NCBI RefSeq assembly: GCF_011386835.1
Contig: NC_088796.1
Location: 101,804,001-101,868,000, forward strand
Reading direction: 5' to 3'
DNA length: 64,000 nt
Origin: Chrysemys picta bellii
Lineage: Eukaryota
Each line of letters starts with the position of its first letter. Position 1 is the stretch's first letter. The notes under the pieces are model-generated. The model searched no databases and was not told the origin of the DNA. It was given only the letters and a program-made list of their open reading frames with translations. This document shows positions 21,998 through 35,464 of the stretch, one piece after another. Made by a program: the position numbers and the translations under genes.

Positions 21998-24093
21998 CTC
22001 ACAAGTAGTCAGGTTTCCATATACTCAGCCTCCCTATCCACCACCTTTCAGACTTGTGTGGGCCTAATTTACCCCCTCCATCAGTCAGACTTGGGTACAC
22101 TTGCCTCACAAATGACATCAATCAAGCTTGCATGTACCTAATCCCTCCTGCTAAGGTCTGTAAGCACCTGGGATTACCCCTTTTGCCCTCCCCCTACTGC
22201 CCCAAAATCAAGCTTGTGTGCTCATGGACTGCATGTTCCACCAACAACCAACAGTTTCATGAGCCCAGTGCATCAAAATTTCAGTTGTAATGTGAATAAC
22301 GACTAAAAATTACCCTAAACCCAATAATTAAAAAAATATTTGAAAAAGAAAAATGAAAACAAGACTAGCTATTAGACCAGACCTAGTGAGGATCTGCCTC
22401 TCTACCAAATCTGGGTACGTAGATAGTATTTTGAAGAGCTACTAGTCAATCCTAGCCCTGCCTAGGACAATTTTAAGCCAGACACTAAATCCAGAGATTT
22501 CTTATTTAAAAGTTTTTAAATGAAGTCAAACAGCCACTACATTAAATGTTCAAATAGTATAAAAACAAATTGTGTGAGAATTCTCACAATGATTGTCAAT
22601 CTGCCTTTAGAGAAAAAATAGGAACATATTCCCCACTGGAAATCTCGTTTATAATGCAACCGAAAATATGGAGTTGCTAATAGGAGCCTCTGTACATTCA
22701 AACTCAACAGATGGTGCCACTGCAGAAGCCTTTGCTTGTCTTTCCTCTGGGGTTCTAAAACAGTTCATTATGTGGGGCTAAATCTCACAAAAATTGTTTT
22801 ATACACCATTTCCCCACCTATTCGAGATCAGGTAACACCTTCGTGGCAGGTACAGCAAATGCTTACAAAGAGAAGTAGTACTAGGAACGCATTTATAGTA
22901 ATTTCAGTACTAGGAACATGGGATCTGCCAGTTCCCTGAAGACCACCATCAGGTCCTCCATGTACCACCACCAAAACATGAACCTCAATTTGGGACCTGC
23001 TGGTTTAGAGGCATGAACAAGGAGTTAACTCTTAAAACAAATCCCTATCCTTTCTTATGGTGCAGGTTTTTTTCAGTAGCTGTGCCTATCAGTAGTAGTA
23101 GTTCTTTCCTGCTCAAGTCTCTCTGCCTTCATTCATTCTTTGGTGGAGTTGAAGCCTACAGGTTATATTGACAAAACACAATTACATGAAAATGAGAGCA
23201 AAAAAAAAAAAATACTGTATAAACAAGTCAAGGATTATAAACAGATTAGTTCACAACCTCTAAAATGTATCCTCCTCTCTGGTGATACATGGCAGCAGCA
23301 GAGCATGTGGGAGCCACACAAATTCTTCTTCAAAGTCTAACTAATTCATTACCCCTACGGTGCAGAGGGGAACCTTCTGACAATCATTTCATCACACTGT
23401 TTTTAAGCTGTGTTACATGGAAGAATCAATTCATTTCTTTTAGAAGCCATTTGATGATTTCTATCATCTATGATTTTAAGCCAACCACAGCGGGACAAAA
23501 AGGGACTAATAGATTTCCACATAAGCTCTCCTTTATCCTTCCATTGGTAGGCAGGAGGAAATAAGGACAGGTTTGTCTCCAGCTTTCATCACAGAAACAG
23601 AGGCGGCTCTGGTTTCTGTACAGAACACAAGGTCTTTCCACACAATGTAATTTTTGTGCCGCTGACATTGCGAGCTACACAGACTAGAGCTGTACTAGCA
23701 CTGCCCCAGCCCAATGCGCATCTGCTCGCTAAAGACCCCCATGTGGATCATAACTGTATGAAGAACACCCCAAGAGGAAAGTATGTGCAAAAGTATCTTA
23801 CTCCACCTCATCTCACCTGGCACCTCATCTCACTTCCATGTGGCACAGGTAAGAGTCACATGCAGATAGCTCTTTCCCTGCACAGATCCTCTGCAGCAGG
23901 CTCTGAGCAGTTTGTAACTAACTTTCCTCAAACAACAGACTAGCTGTTTGCATACATGCTGCAGGGGAATTGGAACTAGGGGCACTGGGGTGCCCAGCAT
24001 GAAGTAATATTAGCAAGTGAATACATGGTTTCCATCATATATGAGGTTTACAGTTTTGTTCAATGGCTTCCAGCACCCCTGAATTGCTGTTAC

Positions 24094-24546
24094 CATAGGC
24101 GCCAACTCTAGGGCTGGAGCACCCACTGAGAACAATTAGTGAGTGCTTAGCACCCACCAGCAGCCAGTTCCCTCCCTTCCCCACCCCCCAGTGCCTCCGA
24201 CCCACAAGCATTCCTGCTGGTCAATTCCTCCCCCTCCCTCCCAGTGCCTCCCGCCTGCCACAATCAGCTGTTCCACGGTGTGCAGGAGGCGCTGGGAGGG
24301 AGGGAGGGGGAGGAGCAGGGACAAGACATGCTCAGAGGAGGGGGCAAGGGTTGGGTAGGAAGAGGCGAGGAAAGGATGGGGGTGGGAAGAGGCAGGGTGG
24401 GAGTTTAGGGAAGGGGTGAGGGCAGGACCTGGGAGGAGCAGGGACAGGAAGAGGCAGGGCTCATGGGAAGTGGGTGGGTGTGGGGTGGGACCATGGGTGG
24501 AGCAGGGGAGTTGAGCACCCCTGGGGCCCAGAGGAAGGTGGCACCT
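24094..24546. mobile_element. hAT-type MITE, right end clipped (duplicate of 11256)
   Basis: Starts CATAGGCGCCAACTC; same junction as in unit 1. Confidence 0.7.
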
Positions 24547-25093
24547 TCTACAGGATCAGTGGCCAAATAGAAACTGATGTCCATGGCAGCAGCTTTAGGC
24601 TCTTCCTGTCCTGTCCTGGAAATGGATTTTCAATGACATGGATTTATTTTTCTGTGTTTCTACTGTTATTTATTTTTGCACATCTTCACAATCTCCTACC
24701 TATCAGGTGATGTTATGCAGTAGGCAATTGGCAGACCATGCAACAAAGTACACATACCTGGAATCCTTAGCCACCTCAACAGCACTTTGGTCATCAAAGA
24801 ATTATACTTCCTCCCCCCACCCCTGACCTACCTCCAAAGTACTCTGACTTCTACGTATGTAGTGTTCTATTATGATCATGGTTGCTATTTATTAATCTGT
24901 CCTCATCAGAACTATTTCTTGTATTCCAAAGCTTGAGAAGTTTCCTAGAGACAATTATAAAAAATATGAACATACCATAAGACTTGAGATAATTAGGTGT
25001 AGAAAAGATATTTTCATTTAATTTATTAACATTAATACAATGGAAAATTTATTTTTCACCTTTGTGTGTCAATCAATTCCTATTTCATTCCAG

Positions 25094-25149
25094 CTCAAGA
25101 TACTGTCACTACTGAGGTTAAAACAGCTGGAGGATACTGCACCATGTAG
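25094..25149 (+). pseudogene. Orphan B-type IFN exon 2 (second copy)
   Basis: Duplicate of 12257-12312 with intact acceptor. Confidence 0.75.
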
Positions 25150-25406
25150 TGGAATCCCTTCAATCTGCAGATTCCTCCCAGAGTGACTTCTAGCACTCCA
25201 TAACGCTTGACCTTGAATTATGCAATTGACTCTCTATTATACAATTTCAACTGCACAAATTACATTTTATGTAATTATAGTCTGTTCATTTACTCAGTGT
25301 TTAAAATGCAAAATGAAGAATATTGATGCAAAAAATTACCAGACAATTGTAATTTTAAAAGAAAGGGTTGGGACCTTGAACATTGTTGACATTATGTGTT
25401 TGGTAT

Positions 25407-26075
25407 TGTAGCACAGCGCAGACTCAACCCTGCGACGCCTCCTGCTGGTCATCCTTGGGAATTAGCTTTGACCCAGGAGCGCCCTCTGCAGGCTGGTGAT
25501 CTGCTTGCCATTGGCCCCCCACATCCCTCCCACTGCCCCTGTCTTGGGTGCTGCCCCCCACCCAGCAGTATCCCACTATCCCTGGGTTTCCCCACCCACT
25601 ATCCCCACTTTGCCTCAGTTTTGGCTGCTGCCCAGTCTCCATCTAGCCCCCGTTCACTGGGGCAGACTGCAGTATCAGCCACTCATCATTGGCAAATCAG
25701 TTTGGACTGGCTGCCTTTACCCACCTTCAGGCTGCCCCTCTGCAAGCCCAATACCTAAGACTAGGTCCTGCAGCCTGGGGAGTTGCTGGCCCAGGACTTC
25801 CCAGCTCCTAAGGCCTTTCCCCAACCCTGCCTCACTCTAGGTCCTCAGGTGAGTTCCCCAGCAGCCAGGCCTGTCTCCCTCTCCAGTCAGAGAGAGAGGC
25901 TTTCTGCTTAAGCTCCTGGCTCAAGCCTTTATAGGGCCAGCTGGTCCCTGATTGGGGCATGGCCCCAACTGAGCCTGCTTCCTCCCAATCAGCCCAGGGG
26001 TCTTGCCCTTCCAGAGCCCTCCTCCAGGGCAGTTTTAAACCTCTCAGGGCAGGAGCAGGTGACCACCTCACTACA
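25407..26075 (-). mobile_element. Solo LTR (duplicate of 12570)
   Basis: TG...CA termini with GGTAT TSD. Confidence 0.85.
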
Positions 26076-26084
26076 GGTATATAT

Positions 26085-26625
26085 TTGTGTGGTACAACAC
26101 TTCTCTGATCAAATCTAATCTTGGAACCCTAACATGCAGCATAACCACAGTATAACAGCATAATACATGTGAGCTGGAACAGCTTCCAAATAAAGAGGTG
26201 TGGATAATTTTCCTGTAAGATCAGAATGAAGAGAGAGATTTCAGGTGGCCTCAATACGTTCTCAAGCCATGAATGTCCCTGAAGGAAAATGCCCCGGTGA
26301 GAATCCAGGAACTCTTCCAACATGTATCCTGCTGCTTTTGCAGAAACCTCTCCCAAGCTACCTCGGGCAGGAGTTCCATTCAGAGAGTCCAACCTAGACT
26401 CATTAGCCAGCTGGGCATCTGGAGACATGTTTGGTTGCAGTGATGGAAAATGGGACTCTCTGACCAGGAAGAAAGGACCTAGAGCTTGCAAGGATGAAAG
26501 TGAAGAGATACCAATTATTTCCTAGCAGAGAAGCCGTTCAGCCTCAGTGCTGGCAAGAGAATCCAAGTGGAATTAAGTTTTCAACTCTAGGACAAACTCA
26601 CAAAGAAGTTTAGAAAATTAAAATA
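26085..26625 (+). pseudogene. Ghost IFN relic G5
   Basis: Duplicate of G3. Confidence 0.8.
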
Positions 26626-27389
26626 CCAACCTTTTAAAAATACTAACTGAAATCAATTAAAATTTTATACATGATTTAAAATGAGATGCCGTGGAATTTT
26701 AAAAACTGTTGCTGCTATTTGTTCTATTTTTGCACTGCGGAAATATTTTAATATCATTTTACAAGATTTGTAACATTATATTTGTCAGTCTAGTACTTAT
26801 TTAGTGCTCTTATTTATGTATTTATCATAGTTATGTATTATTTATAAATAAAGTATTATTTTATACAAAATGGCAACCTATAGTGGTAGTGATTTGTATT
26901 AAATACTTATTTAACCAAACCAAACAAACAAAAACAAGAAAGAGAACCAAAAAAAACCCCTGTAATTGTTCAGCCTTAAAGCCCCAACTCCAGAAAGTAC
27001 ATTTCCAGCAACTATCCACAGTATATTTACTAGCACTGCCCCCAATATTAAGTCTGTGCTCACATGCACGCTTATCAGGTTTGTGGCCCTCCGCCTGATC
27101 CCATTACCTCTGTGTGCGCCCAAGCTAAATTCATTCTTGGGTGTACACCACAAACAAAATTACATCTGAATAATGAGAGCAGGAATAGGCCATTTGAATT
27201 AAGATTATCAAAGTTTCTCTTTGCCACCTCTACAATGCAGCTCCCCATTTAGTGGAATACGTCAGTCAGTTACTACCCAGGAAAAATACAGAATTCTTCT
27301 GAAAAAGTCTAACAACCCCAAATCTATTCAGTGCTGGGGAAGGGGGGGACTATTTCCATTCATTCCATCAGACCTTTAATAAAAGAAAG

Positions 27390-27810
27390 GACAATGCTGA
27401 GCAGAGAATTCAGTTGAACTCTTTGACAATATCACTCGAATCATAAGGAGCAGCCATGCCTGTGGGGGAATCCCCGCTCGCATTTCTTAAAAGAGAGGAA
27501 AAGTTTGTAAATATCTCCCCCTGAGATTCTCCCACATCCTTCCACTCATGGGCAGGAGGAAGGAGGGGCGGGTTTGTCCATAGACTTCCTCAGGGAAGTG
27601 GCGGTTGTTCCATCTCCAGACTCAGCAGATTCTGTGGTTTCTGCACTGAACAAAAAGGTCTCTCCAGACACAGAGATCTGCAGCATCTGTCTCAGCTCTT
27701 CACCCATTAGACTCCCCACCCCCCCATCTTTTCATGCCAAGTAATGTTTTCTGGGGCTGCTCCAGTGCATGCAGTTGCCGCAGACAACCTTTTAAAGTGT
27801 AATTTTTGGG
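27390..27810 (-). pseudogene. Antisense IFN-like relic R2
   Basis: Duplicate of R1. Confidence 0.55.
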
Positions 27811-28308
27811 CAGCTCTCATAATGAGGTGCAGCCCAGCAGAGCTGCAATAGGACTTTCCCCACCCAACGGGGGGATCTGTTCAGTCCAGGCCCCTGACTC
27901 AGATCATAACCCTATGGAGAACAATCCACGGGGTCCCAGGAAAGAAGGAATGATGGGTGAAGGCAGCCGACCCTATTTCACCTCTGCCCACCTCACCCAC
28001 ACTTATATATGGAGCAGCTGAGAGGCTCACACGGAGAGTTCCATCTCTGTAGGAAGCCTCTGGGGCAGGTTCTGTGACCTTTGTAATTAATTCTCCTTAA
28101 ACACTATATGATATCCATGCCTAATTGCTGTTGTAACCCATGCCTGCTTGGTGTGGTGCTCTGTTCCCCTCTAGTGGCACCTATCCCCACTAGAGATTGA
28201 TGAGTCTGCTACAGCCTTGAGTAAGAGGCATGTGGCTTTTAACTCATGAAGCAGAGGCTCATGCATTTAGCTCCAGAGGTCCCATGTTCAATTCTGCCTG
28301 CTGCTGAC

Positions 28309-28479
28309 CAGGGCTGCCCAGAGTATTCAGGGGGCCTGGGGCAAAGCAATTTCAGGGGCTCTTTCCATTAAAAAAAGTTGCAATACTATAGAATACTATA
28401 TTCTTTTGGGGGACCCTGTGGGGCCCGGGGCCTGGGGCAAATTGCCCCACTTCCCCCCCCCCCCCCCTCGGCGGCCCTG
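28309..28479. mobile_element. hAT-type MITE (duplicate of 15926)
   Basis: TIRs CAGGGCTGCC/GGCGGCCCTG; TSD CTGCTGAC/CCGATGAC. Confidence 0.75.
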
Positions 28480-30607
28480 CCGATGACAGGGATCATCAGC
28501 TACGGAAAGTATGCAATCCATGCCTGGTTGGTTTGGTGCCCTGTCCCCCTCTGGACCATCTAGAGATTGATGAGTCTCCTACAGCCTTAGCTTAAGGGGC
28601 ACGTGGCTTTCAGCTCATGCAATAGAGGTTCATACCCTAAGCTTCAAATGTCCCAGGGTCAATCCTGCCCCCTGACAACTGGGGTCTGTCAGCATTACAA
28701 GTGGGGGCTTGCCCCACAAGTCAACTGGGAAGTCTCTGACGCTCAGGATGTGTGTTAACACGTCCTCTCCCAGAAGTACACTCATAGGTTTGAGCCTTCT
28801 TGTTTACCTCTTCAAGGGACCACGTGGTAAGTGTAGATTATAACTCCCAGACACTCTATTGCTATTTACTTCACCACACGGAAAATACAGATTGGAACAA
28901 AAATTGTAAACCCTACATGCAATTCCCTGCCTCAGTTTCCTCAACACTCCAGGCCATTGTATGGACCTGGATCAGAGTCACTTCGGTCCATCCTTCTGTT
29001 GCAATGCATCACTTATATGCACAAAAACAGAGCCTTCTCCCCCAGCTTAGATAACCTGGCCTTGGCCAGTTCATCCCCTTCCTTCCTCTTGCCCAAATGT
29101 CCTGTGGTCTTCCCCCAGTGATTTCTTTTAGAACCTTTTGTTTGTGTCATCTGTCTCTTTGTCGGCCTTCAGTAACTTTCCACTCCTAACCCCCATTATC
29201 CTTAACACCAACTTGGTCAAACTGGTTCCCTACTTAGCATAAGTATGTTGTCATTAGAACATAGTTTTAAAGTTAAATACTCCACATTCATTGTCCTTAG
29301 CCAAGGGAGTACCTGCTGTAGGTCCTGTTCAACATGATGGATCCACATAGAAAGAATTTTCTCATGATAAGGAAATCTCATATCACCAACTTCATAATAT
29401 CAACTAGAATTCATAAGTCCCCCCCCCTCCCCGACACAAACAAATCAAGCTGTATGAATGAGGCAAGTCACAGTCAGTTTTCTGACCAACTGGTGCCACC
29501 CCTCCACAGCCTCCAAATCAAGCTTGTGCACTCCTTGACACCAACAACCAGTTTTGTGTACAGAATGCATTAAACTATCAGTTATATAACATGAATAATG
29601 ACTAAAAATTACCCCAAATTCAACATTTCAGATATTGGTAATAAAGCTGCTGGTTGCATCAAATCTAGTGAGGATCCACCTGTATACCAGAAAAGAACAT
29701 TTGCGTAAGGAAGTATAACAGGTAAATCTCTCCAGAAATGTTCTCGATTGCAGTTTTGAATTTGAAGGCAACCAATCCGGGAACAGACACAATAGCATTG
29801 ATTCAGGTGAACCATCATACAGAACAAGTAGCAAATTATGAATAGCAAATACTCATAGGGAAAAGATATGGTGAGGAAGTCCTAAGTAATCAGAGTGGAA
29901 TATGTTCATATAAACCATTTGTGAAATCATTGAAAATAAATTCATCAGAAAAATCTGAATTTATTTGCAGATTATTTGCAAATAGGAAAAGGGGAGAAAC
30001 TAATTTTTATTACACAGTCAGATTAAGCTGGCTGACACAAAGGAAAAATAGTCCAATAAAATGTCCTGCTATTTTCACTGAAATTTAAATATACAGTATT
30101 TCATCAAATTCTAGCAAATATTTCATCCAGCTGAGTCTGCATCTAACCTTTCCCAGAAAACAGGCTAATTGCTGATGAAAATATGCTGAAAGACTATGTG
30201 TCTTTACTTCCATTGCTTTATTACTTTAACTTTTCTTGTTAAGATTCAGATTTTTAAATTTCTCTCTCTCTCATAAATATTCATAAGCTTCAACTTGCCA
30301 GGGAATGTACACACAACTCCCACTGGAGTCAATTGGAGATGGGGTGCAGAGCCTATATGAATATTGGGTCCCGTATGCAGTATATTTATGTACAATAAAC
30401 TGCATTCTTTAAAATGACACTTCCAAATAGTTTAGGGCCAAACTCCAGATTACGATTAAAGAATGTGCTTGAGGTGATAGGTCAGGGTGATGTAAAAGAA
30501 ATAACTTAAAGAGAAATATTTATAGATTTTCTTCCTTTCCTTTTTTAAAATTAATATGAAAAACTCCATTTAAATTTTTGGGTTGAAAACCATTCCCCTT
30601 CACTGAT

Positions 30608-30660
30608 GGAAACTCCAGCATGACAGCCTAGTGCTATGGTATGAAAAACAGAAAGTGAAA
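30608..30660 (+). promoter_or_regulatory. Distal kB-like + IRF module of A3
   Basis: Identical to 5903-5955. Confidence 0.55.
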
Positions 30661-31618
30661 CTTGCTACAGGCTGCAAACTTCATTCATCAGACCACTTGA
30701 ATTGCAATGTCCAAGCTTGAATGGTGAAAAGTTAATCAAGTCTGAAAGTGACATTCATTTATATCAGTCTCTCTAGTATATTTATTACCAACCACACAAT
30801 CTTTTTGGACAACTCCGTTCCATGTCACTACACTAAATCACTGGGAACTACGCAGAAGTGCCCGAGAAGATAACATGTTCACACTCTTCAACTGTACCTG
30901 TTCCTCAGGCTTTTCACAGCTGGTATCAGGTTCTTAAGTAAACCTCCCAGTTTCTCAGTGCCCTCTGTCCATCCTCTGGTATTCCCTACACACATGGGTT
31001 TTCCTCTCTCAGATTTCAAATGGCCAGGAAATTGTGTGAGATTAATAGAGAATTGTCTGGGCCTCAATCTCCCGCAGGAATTATTTCCAAGCTTATCAAA
31101 TTTTAAGAGGTCCCTATAGTATTACTCCCTCTCAAAGGCTGCAAGGAAGGAAGGAGACAGTTAGAGTATAGCAGGGTTTTCTGATTTTGAGTGGGACACC
31201 AGAGAGGGAAAGTTTTCCATCTGCTGGCAAAGTGAAGGAACAGCAGCTTTATACATCACTTCACTGCTGTTATCTGCAGAGTCTAGGAAAAAGAAGCTCT
31301 CCATTAGTTCCCCCCATCTGCCAAAATTCATTTGTATCAGTTAAAAGCTTGGATAGTCTTGCTGATGTAACAGATACTCAGACCTGTCTAGCAGTGCTAA
31401 CTACAGGAACTTGGGAGTAGACAGACAGGTCCCTACTCTAACCTGTAACTGGATAATACTGTTAATCATCTAACTCTTCTTACCCTTCAAATATTCTTTA
31501 TCTAAGAGGACAGGGGGGGCCGTAAGGAAAGAAATGTAGGGATTCTTTAATATTAAAAAAGTAATGACTGTGGTTTGGTTCTTCTAATGACTTGTTCGCT
31601 TCCACTAAATAAAAAGAA

Positions 31619-31708
31619 GGAAACCGAAAGTAAAAACCTCAAGCAGAAAAAACCTTGAAAAGTAGAAAGTGATGAAAGCAAAATCTTTTCCTACAGAATA
31701 CTTAAATT
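31619..31708 (+). promoter_or_regulatory. Proximal IFN promoter of A3
   Basis: Identical IRF elements and TACTTAAAT box. Confidence 0.75.
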
Positions 31709-31806
31709 CAGAGACATGGGTCGAAAACACAGAAGTCTACGAAAGACCTTGAACAGGCACCAGTTGTTCAAGTTCTACACAAACACAGGGAATCTAAGAC
31801 ATCATC

Positions 31807-32379
31807 ATGATCAGCAGGAGTTTGCTGCAATTTTGCCTCATGCTGCTCTTCTCCAGTGAAATCTCATGTCTGGACTGTAACAGGATTTATGTTCTACAAA
31901 CCAGAATGAACAGTGAGAGTTTAGAGCATCTGGAGAAAATGGGTGGAAACTTTCCCTTCCAATGTCTAAATGAAAGGACAGCTTTCAAGACCAGAGATAT
32001 CCTCAAGATCCGACTGTCCCAGCAAGAGAATGCAAAGGTAGCCATCCAGCAGATCCTCCAAGAGCTCTTCCATATCTTTACCAACAATCTCACCCAAGCT
32101 GCCTGGAATGGAACTTCCATAAAGGAATTCCAAAATGGTCTTCACCAGCAGATTGAGAAGCTGGAGAGGTGTTTGAGTGCTGAGAAGGGAAAGGAGATAA
32201 CCTACCCAGGAAATGAGAACCTCCTGCTCACCAGCCTCAAACTGAAGAGATATTTCCAGACAATCGACGATTTCCTGAAAGAAAAGCAATACAGTCAGTG
32301 TGCCTGGGAGATCATCCGTGTGGAAATATCCAGATGTTTCCTCATGCTCAACATACTCACAAAGAGACTTGAAAATTAA
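31807..32379 (+). CDS. Type I interferon A3 (190 aa)
   Basis: Complete ORF with IFN motifs ending KRLEN-TAA, followed directly by G|GTAC donor. Confidence 0.95.
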   Translation: MISRSLLQFCLMLLFSSEISCLDCNRIYVLQTRMNSESLEHLEKMGGNFPFQCLNERTAFKTRDILKIRLSQQENAKVAIQQILQELFHIFTNNLTQAAWNGTSIKEFQNGLHQQIEKLERCLSAEKGKEITYPGNENLLLTSLKLKRYFQTIDDFLKEKQYSQCAWEIIRVEISRCFLMLNILTKRLEN

Positions 32380-32380
32380 G

Positions 32381-33034
32381 GTACCATATTTGTATTTTTC
32401 CTCAGGAAACTAAATCATATTAGTTCAATAAAACAGCAGAAGAGAGATGGGGATAATTTTAAAACTCGTATTATATAGGGCCCAACACTTCTCCCATAGT
32501 AATTTCAGCTATTTCAAATTCATGTTAATAAAACCGTTTTAGAGTAGCATATAATTTAGTGCTTTCATTCTACACACACAATATTCTGTATGAAAAACAT
32601 AGAAATACATCATAACTGCTAACTAATGACAAAATATCATGAGTGATAACTAACCAAAATGAATATAACTTTGCCCAGTAAGTGTCTTAGTTGGGGAAGA
32701 GAAAAGCAAAAACATCCCTTCAACAACTGCCTAGTAAGACAACATTCGAGTCAGGACACCAGAAAACTGGGGGTCAGTGACCACATTCTTCTATCCCACC
32801 ATTGAATTCTGACAGTGACTTCCGCTCATAAGGACGGCCAAGGGTACTTATTCTGCTTTTCTTTGTGCTGTTTACCACTAAGTTAAGCTGCTTTAGTGGG
32901 AAAAAAAAGGTTGTAACAGGGTGATAAGTTCACAAAGGCTCAGGATTTATCATTTGATATCAGCTTAGAAAAACATACACTATATTTGAAATTTGACACG
33001 CTGTGTGTTTCAACCATTCCCTTTTTCATTCCAG
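32381..33034 (+). other. 3'-UTR intron of A3 (654 bp)
   Basis: Donor 1 nt after the stop; acceptor TTCCCTTTTTCATTCCAG. Confidence 0.8.
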
Positions 33035-33349
33035 CACGTGATGCTTCAAGTAATGATATTATGAAAACTACTGACTGATACTGCACCTCCACTGGAGTCC
33101 TTCGTCTCTAGTTGATTCTACAAGCAGTAGACTTTCGAGACTACCTTTCGAGACTCCTGTTAGTTCATCTTGCATTAACCCCGGGACTAACTCTACTACA
33201 AAAGTCTAAATGCGCATTTTACTTACTTCTTGATATTGCTGGATTGATTCACTCACATGAGAAAGTGGAAAACAGAAGATATTGCTCCAAACAAGCCAGA
33301 GTATTTGATAAGAAGGGGAAAATCTTCATGATTTCTTAATCATCATTGA

Positions 33350-33720
33350 TATTATGCGTTGGCTCAGAATTTGCTTGGGGCTGCTCTTAAAAATGAAATC
33401 ATACCTCTGAACTGTAACTGGCTTCATTTCAGCATTACAGATGTGAACTAGGACAATTTTCAAACAAAATGGAAGGATAATTTTCCTGCAAGGTCATCTC
33501 AAAATGGTTCTTAAACCCAAAGAGACCCAGAAAGAGACTGCCAAAGTGGCCACCCAGGAGATCCCCTAACAGATTTCCTACATCTCATGCCAAATTCCCT
33601 CCCTCGCTGCCTGGAATGACAGTCCCATTCAAAGATCCAAACATGGACTCAGAAGAAAATGGAGCTTCTGGAGAGGCTTGTTTCACTGCAAGGATAAAAA
33701 AAAACGTACAAGCATATCCC
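33350..33720 (+). pseudogene. Ghost IFN relic G6
   Basis: Paralog of G2 (AAAGAGACTGCCAAAGTGGCC...CAGGAGATCC; GCTGCCTGGAATGAC). Confidence 0.75.
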
Positions 33721-34247
33721 AGTCTATAGGTCATTTATAATTGGGTGTACTGGAATTTTAAGCTAGTGCGACTCTATATTCTCTTCCTGCACTGTGAAAA
33801 TATTTTCAGATCATTTTACTATATGTGTAAAAGTATGTTTATGATCCAATTTCTATTTATTTATAATATTTATTGCTGTTATTTATCTTTTTCAGAGTTA
33901 TTTTATCATATTTATAAATACATATTTATTTATACAAAATAGGAACCTAAACCAGTAGTGATATGTATTAATAAGATTTTTTTTAAAAAAAGATTCAATA
34001 AAAATCTTCTCTTGTTCTGACTTATGACTCCAGTTCAGCAAAGGAATTGTAAACATTTGTCTAACTTTAAGTACAGGAGCCTCCCATTCACATGAGTGGT
34101 TAACGTTGGGTATCTGCTGAAGCACACAGACTATAATCCCTGATTCAACAGTGGCTCTATAAGAAAACTAGGTATGGTAATTACTTTTACCACTGCAACA
34201 GACCACACACCACAGCCTCAACTCTGCAGCTTTTGCATTTCTGCCTC

Positions 34248-35464
34248 TGTAACCCTTCTGCCAGGTGGAGGAAGCAGCAACAAGGTCTGGGTTCAATATC
34301 GAGGGGTTCATTTTCAACAATAGAACCCAAAACTGGCTCAAGCCCCGGACCCAGTGACCTGGGACAATTACACACCTCCCCCTGGGCGCCTCTAAGAGGC
34401 AATACTTCCCCTCTCACAAGCACGGAGTCTGAGTGTAGCAAAGACTTTTAATAAAAGGAGGGAATTAACTCAACATTAATTTGGGAAAACAGTGCAACTA
34501 GGGTTCATAAATAGAAACCATGAGCAAATATACCCACGCCCAGTAAATCGGGAAGTTTCCTTTTCTGCTCAGGGTCTTAAGTCCAGCAACTAGAAAGTCC
34601 CTTTAACATGCCCATCCCTTCCCTGTACCCCACTCACAGTTGCTGTCCTTGGCCAGTGCAGCCCCAGAGTTTAGAAGTTCATCCTGTTTGGAAGGAAGGG
34701 CAGGGTAAGGAGGCACCTCACATGCTGCACTGCTCAGGCACTCACTTGTGGCCCAACGGCCAATTGCCACACCTCCACGGGGCTCTGCTATGGCCCTCTC
34801 CACCAGCTTCTCTGCTGGCCACTTGCCACCCCGCTACACCAGCTGCCCACTCACCAAGATGTCTTCAGCTCCCCCCCCACACACACACACACACAGAGTT
34901 CTCAGTGATTTCAGCTGTTAGTGGGGGAGCCTCACTGCTGGTGCACACTGCCCCAAAGTAAGTTTAATACTTAGACCTAGGTATCAGCAATTTCAGCTCT
35001 GCAGCATGTAACAAGACTCTCAATTGAGTCTAAATTAGCTCTTTTATTATAACATGGAGAGAGGAAAGGTTAAATGGTGCCTAGGCCCCTTAAACAGGGC
35101 CCACACCGCCAGGTACAAGTACCTGTCCCCACTCTCTCTCAACTCTTTGGACTTTGGAACCCATGTCCCCTGCCTAGCGAGTGCCGTTCAGTGGAGGGTG
35201 AGTCCCTCCATTGGGGTATGCCAGGTACAGTTCTGCTGCCCTCGGTTCACACAACAAGGATAACAACCCTTTATTACTCCTGCCCCAATAACAAGGAGAC
35301 TGGGGATCCAACACCAGCCACAAGTGATCATTTGGGCAAGCAATCCCATCATGCTGAGCACCTAGGCAGGGTGGGTGTGTCGATCGAAACAAGATCGGCT
35401 TCTGAAGTCTTTTTCCACAGCTCACCACTAGATGTCAGGGGAGAGCTCATTTAGACTGCTTCCA
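34248..35464. mobile_element. Solo LTR (~1.2 kb, Gypsy/ERV-type)
   Basis: Starts TGTAACCC and ends GACTGCTTCCA; 4-bp TSD CCTC/CCTG; empty site TTCTGCCTGTTACC at ~49335. Confidence 0.75.

Larger units (their letters stand above)
17671..30105. repeat. Recent tandem segmental duplication, unit 2 (~12.4 kb)
   Basis: Near-identical to unit 1; ATG offset 19373 to 31807 = 12434. Confidence 0.95.
30105..32335. repeat. Partial third copy of the duplication unit
   Basis: Near-identity to units 1 and 2 continues until ~32335 inside the A3 CDS, then drops. Confidence 0.9.

Noticed and set aside
5400-30105. Tandem units as a CRISPR-like array or a simple assembly duplication
   Set aside because: Eukaryotic context with no short repeat-spacer pattern. 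The copies differ by reciprocal deletions and substitutions, although haplotype mis-joining is not fully excluded.
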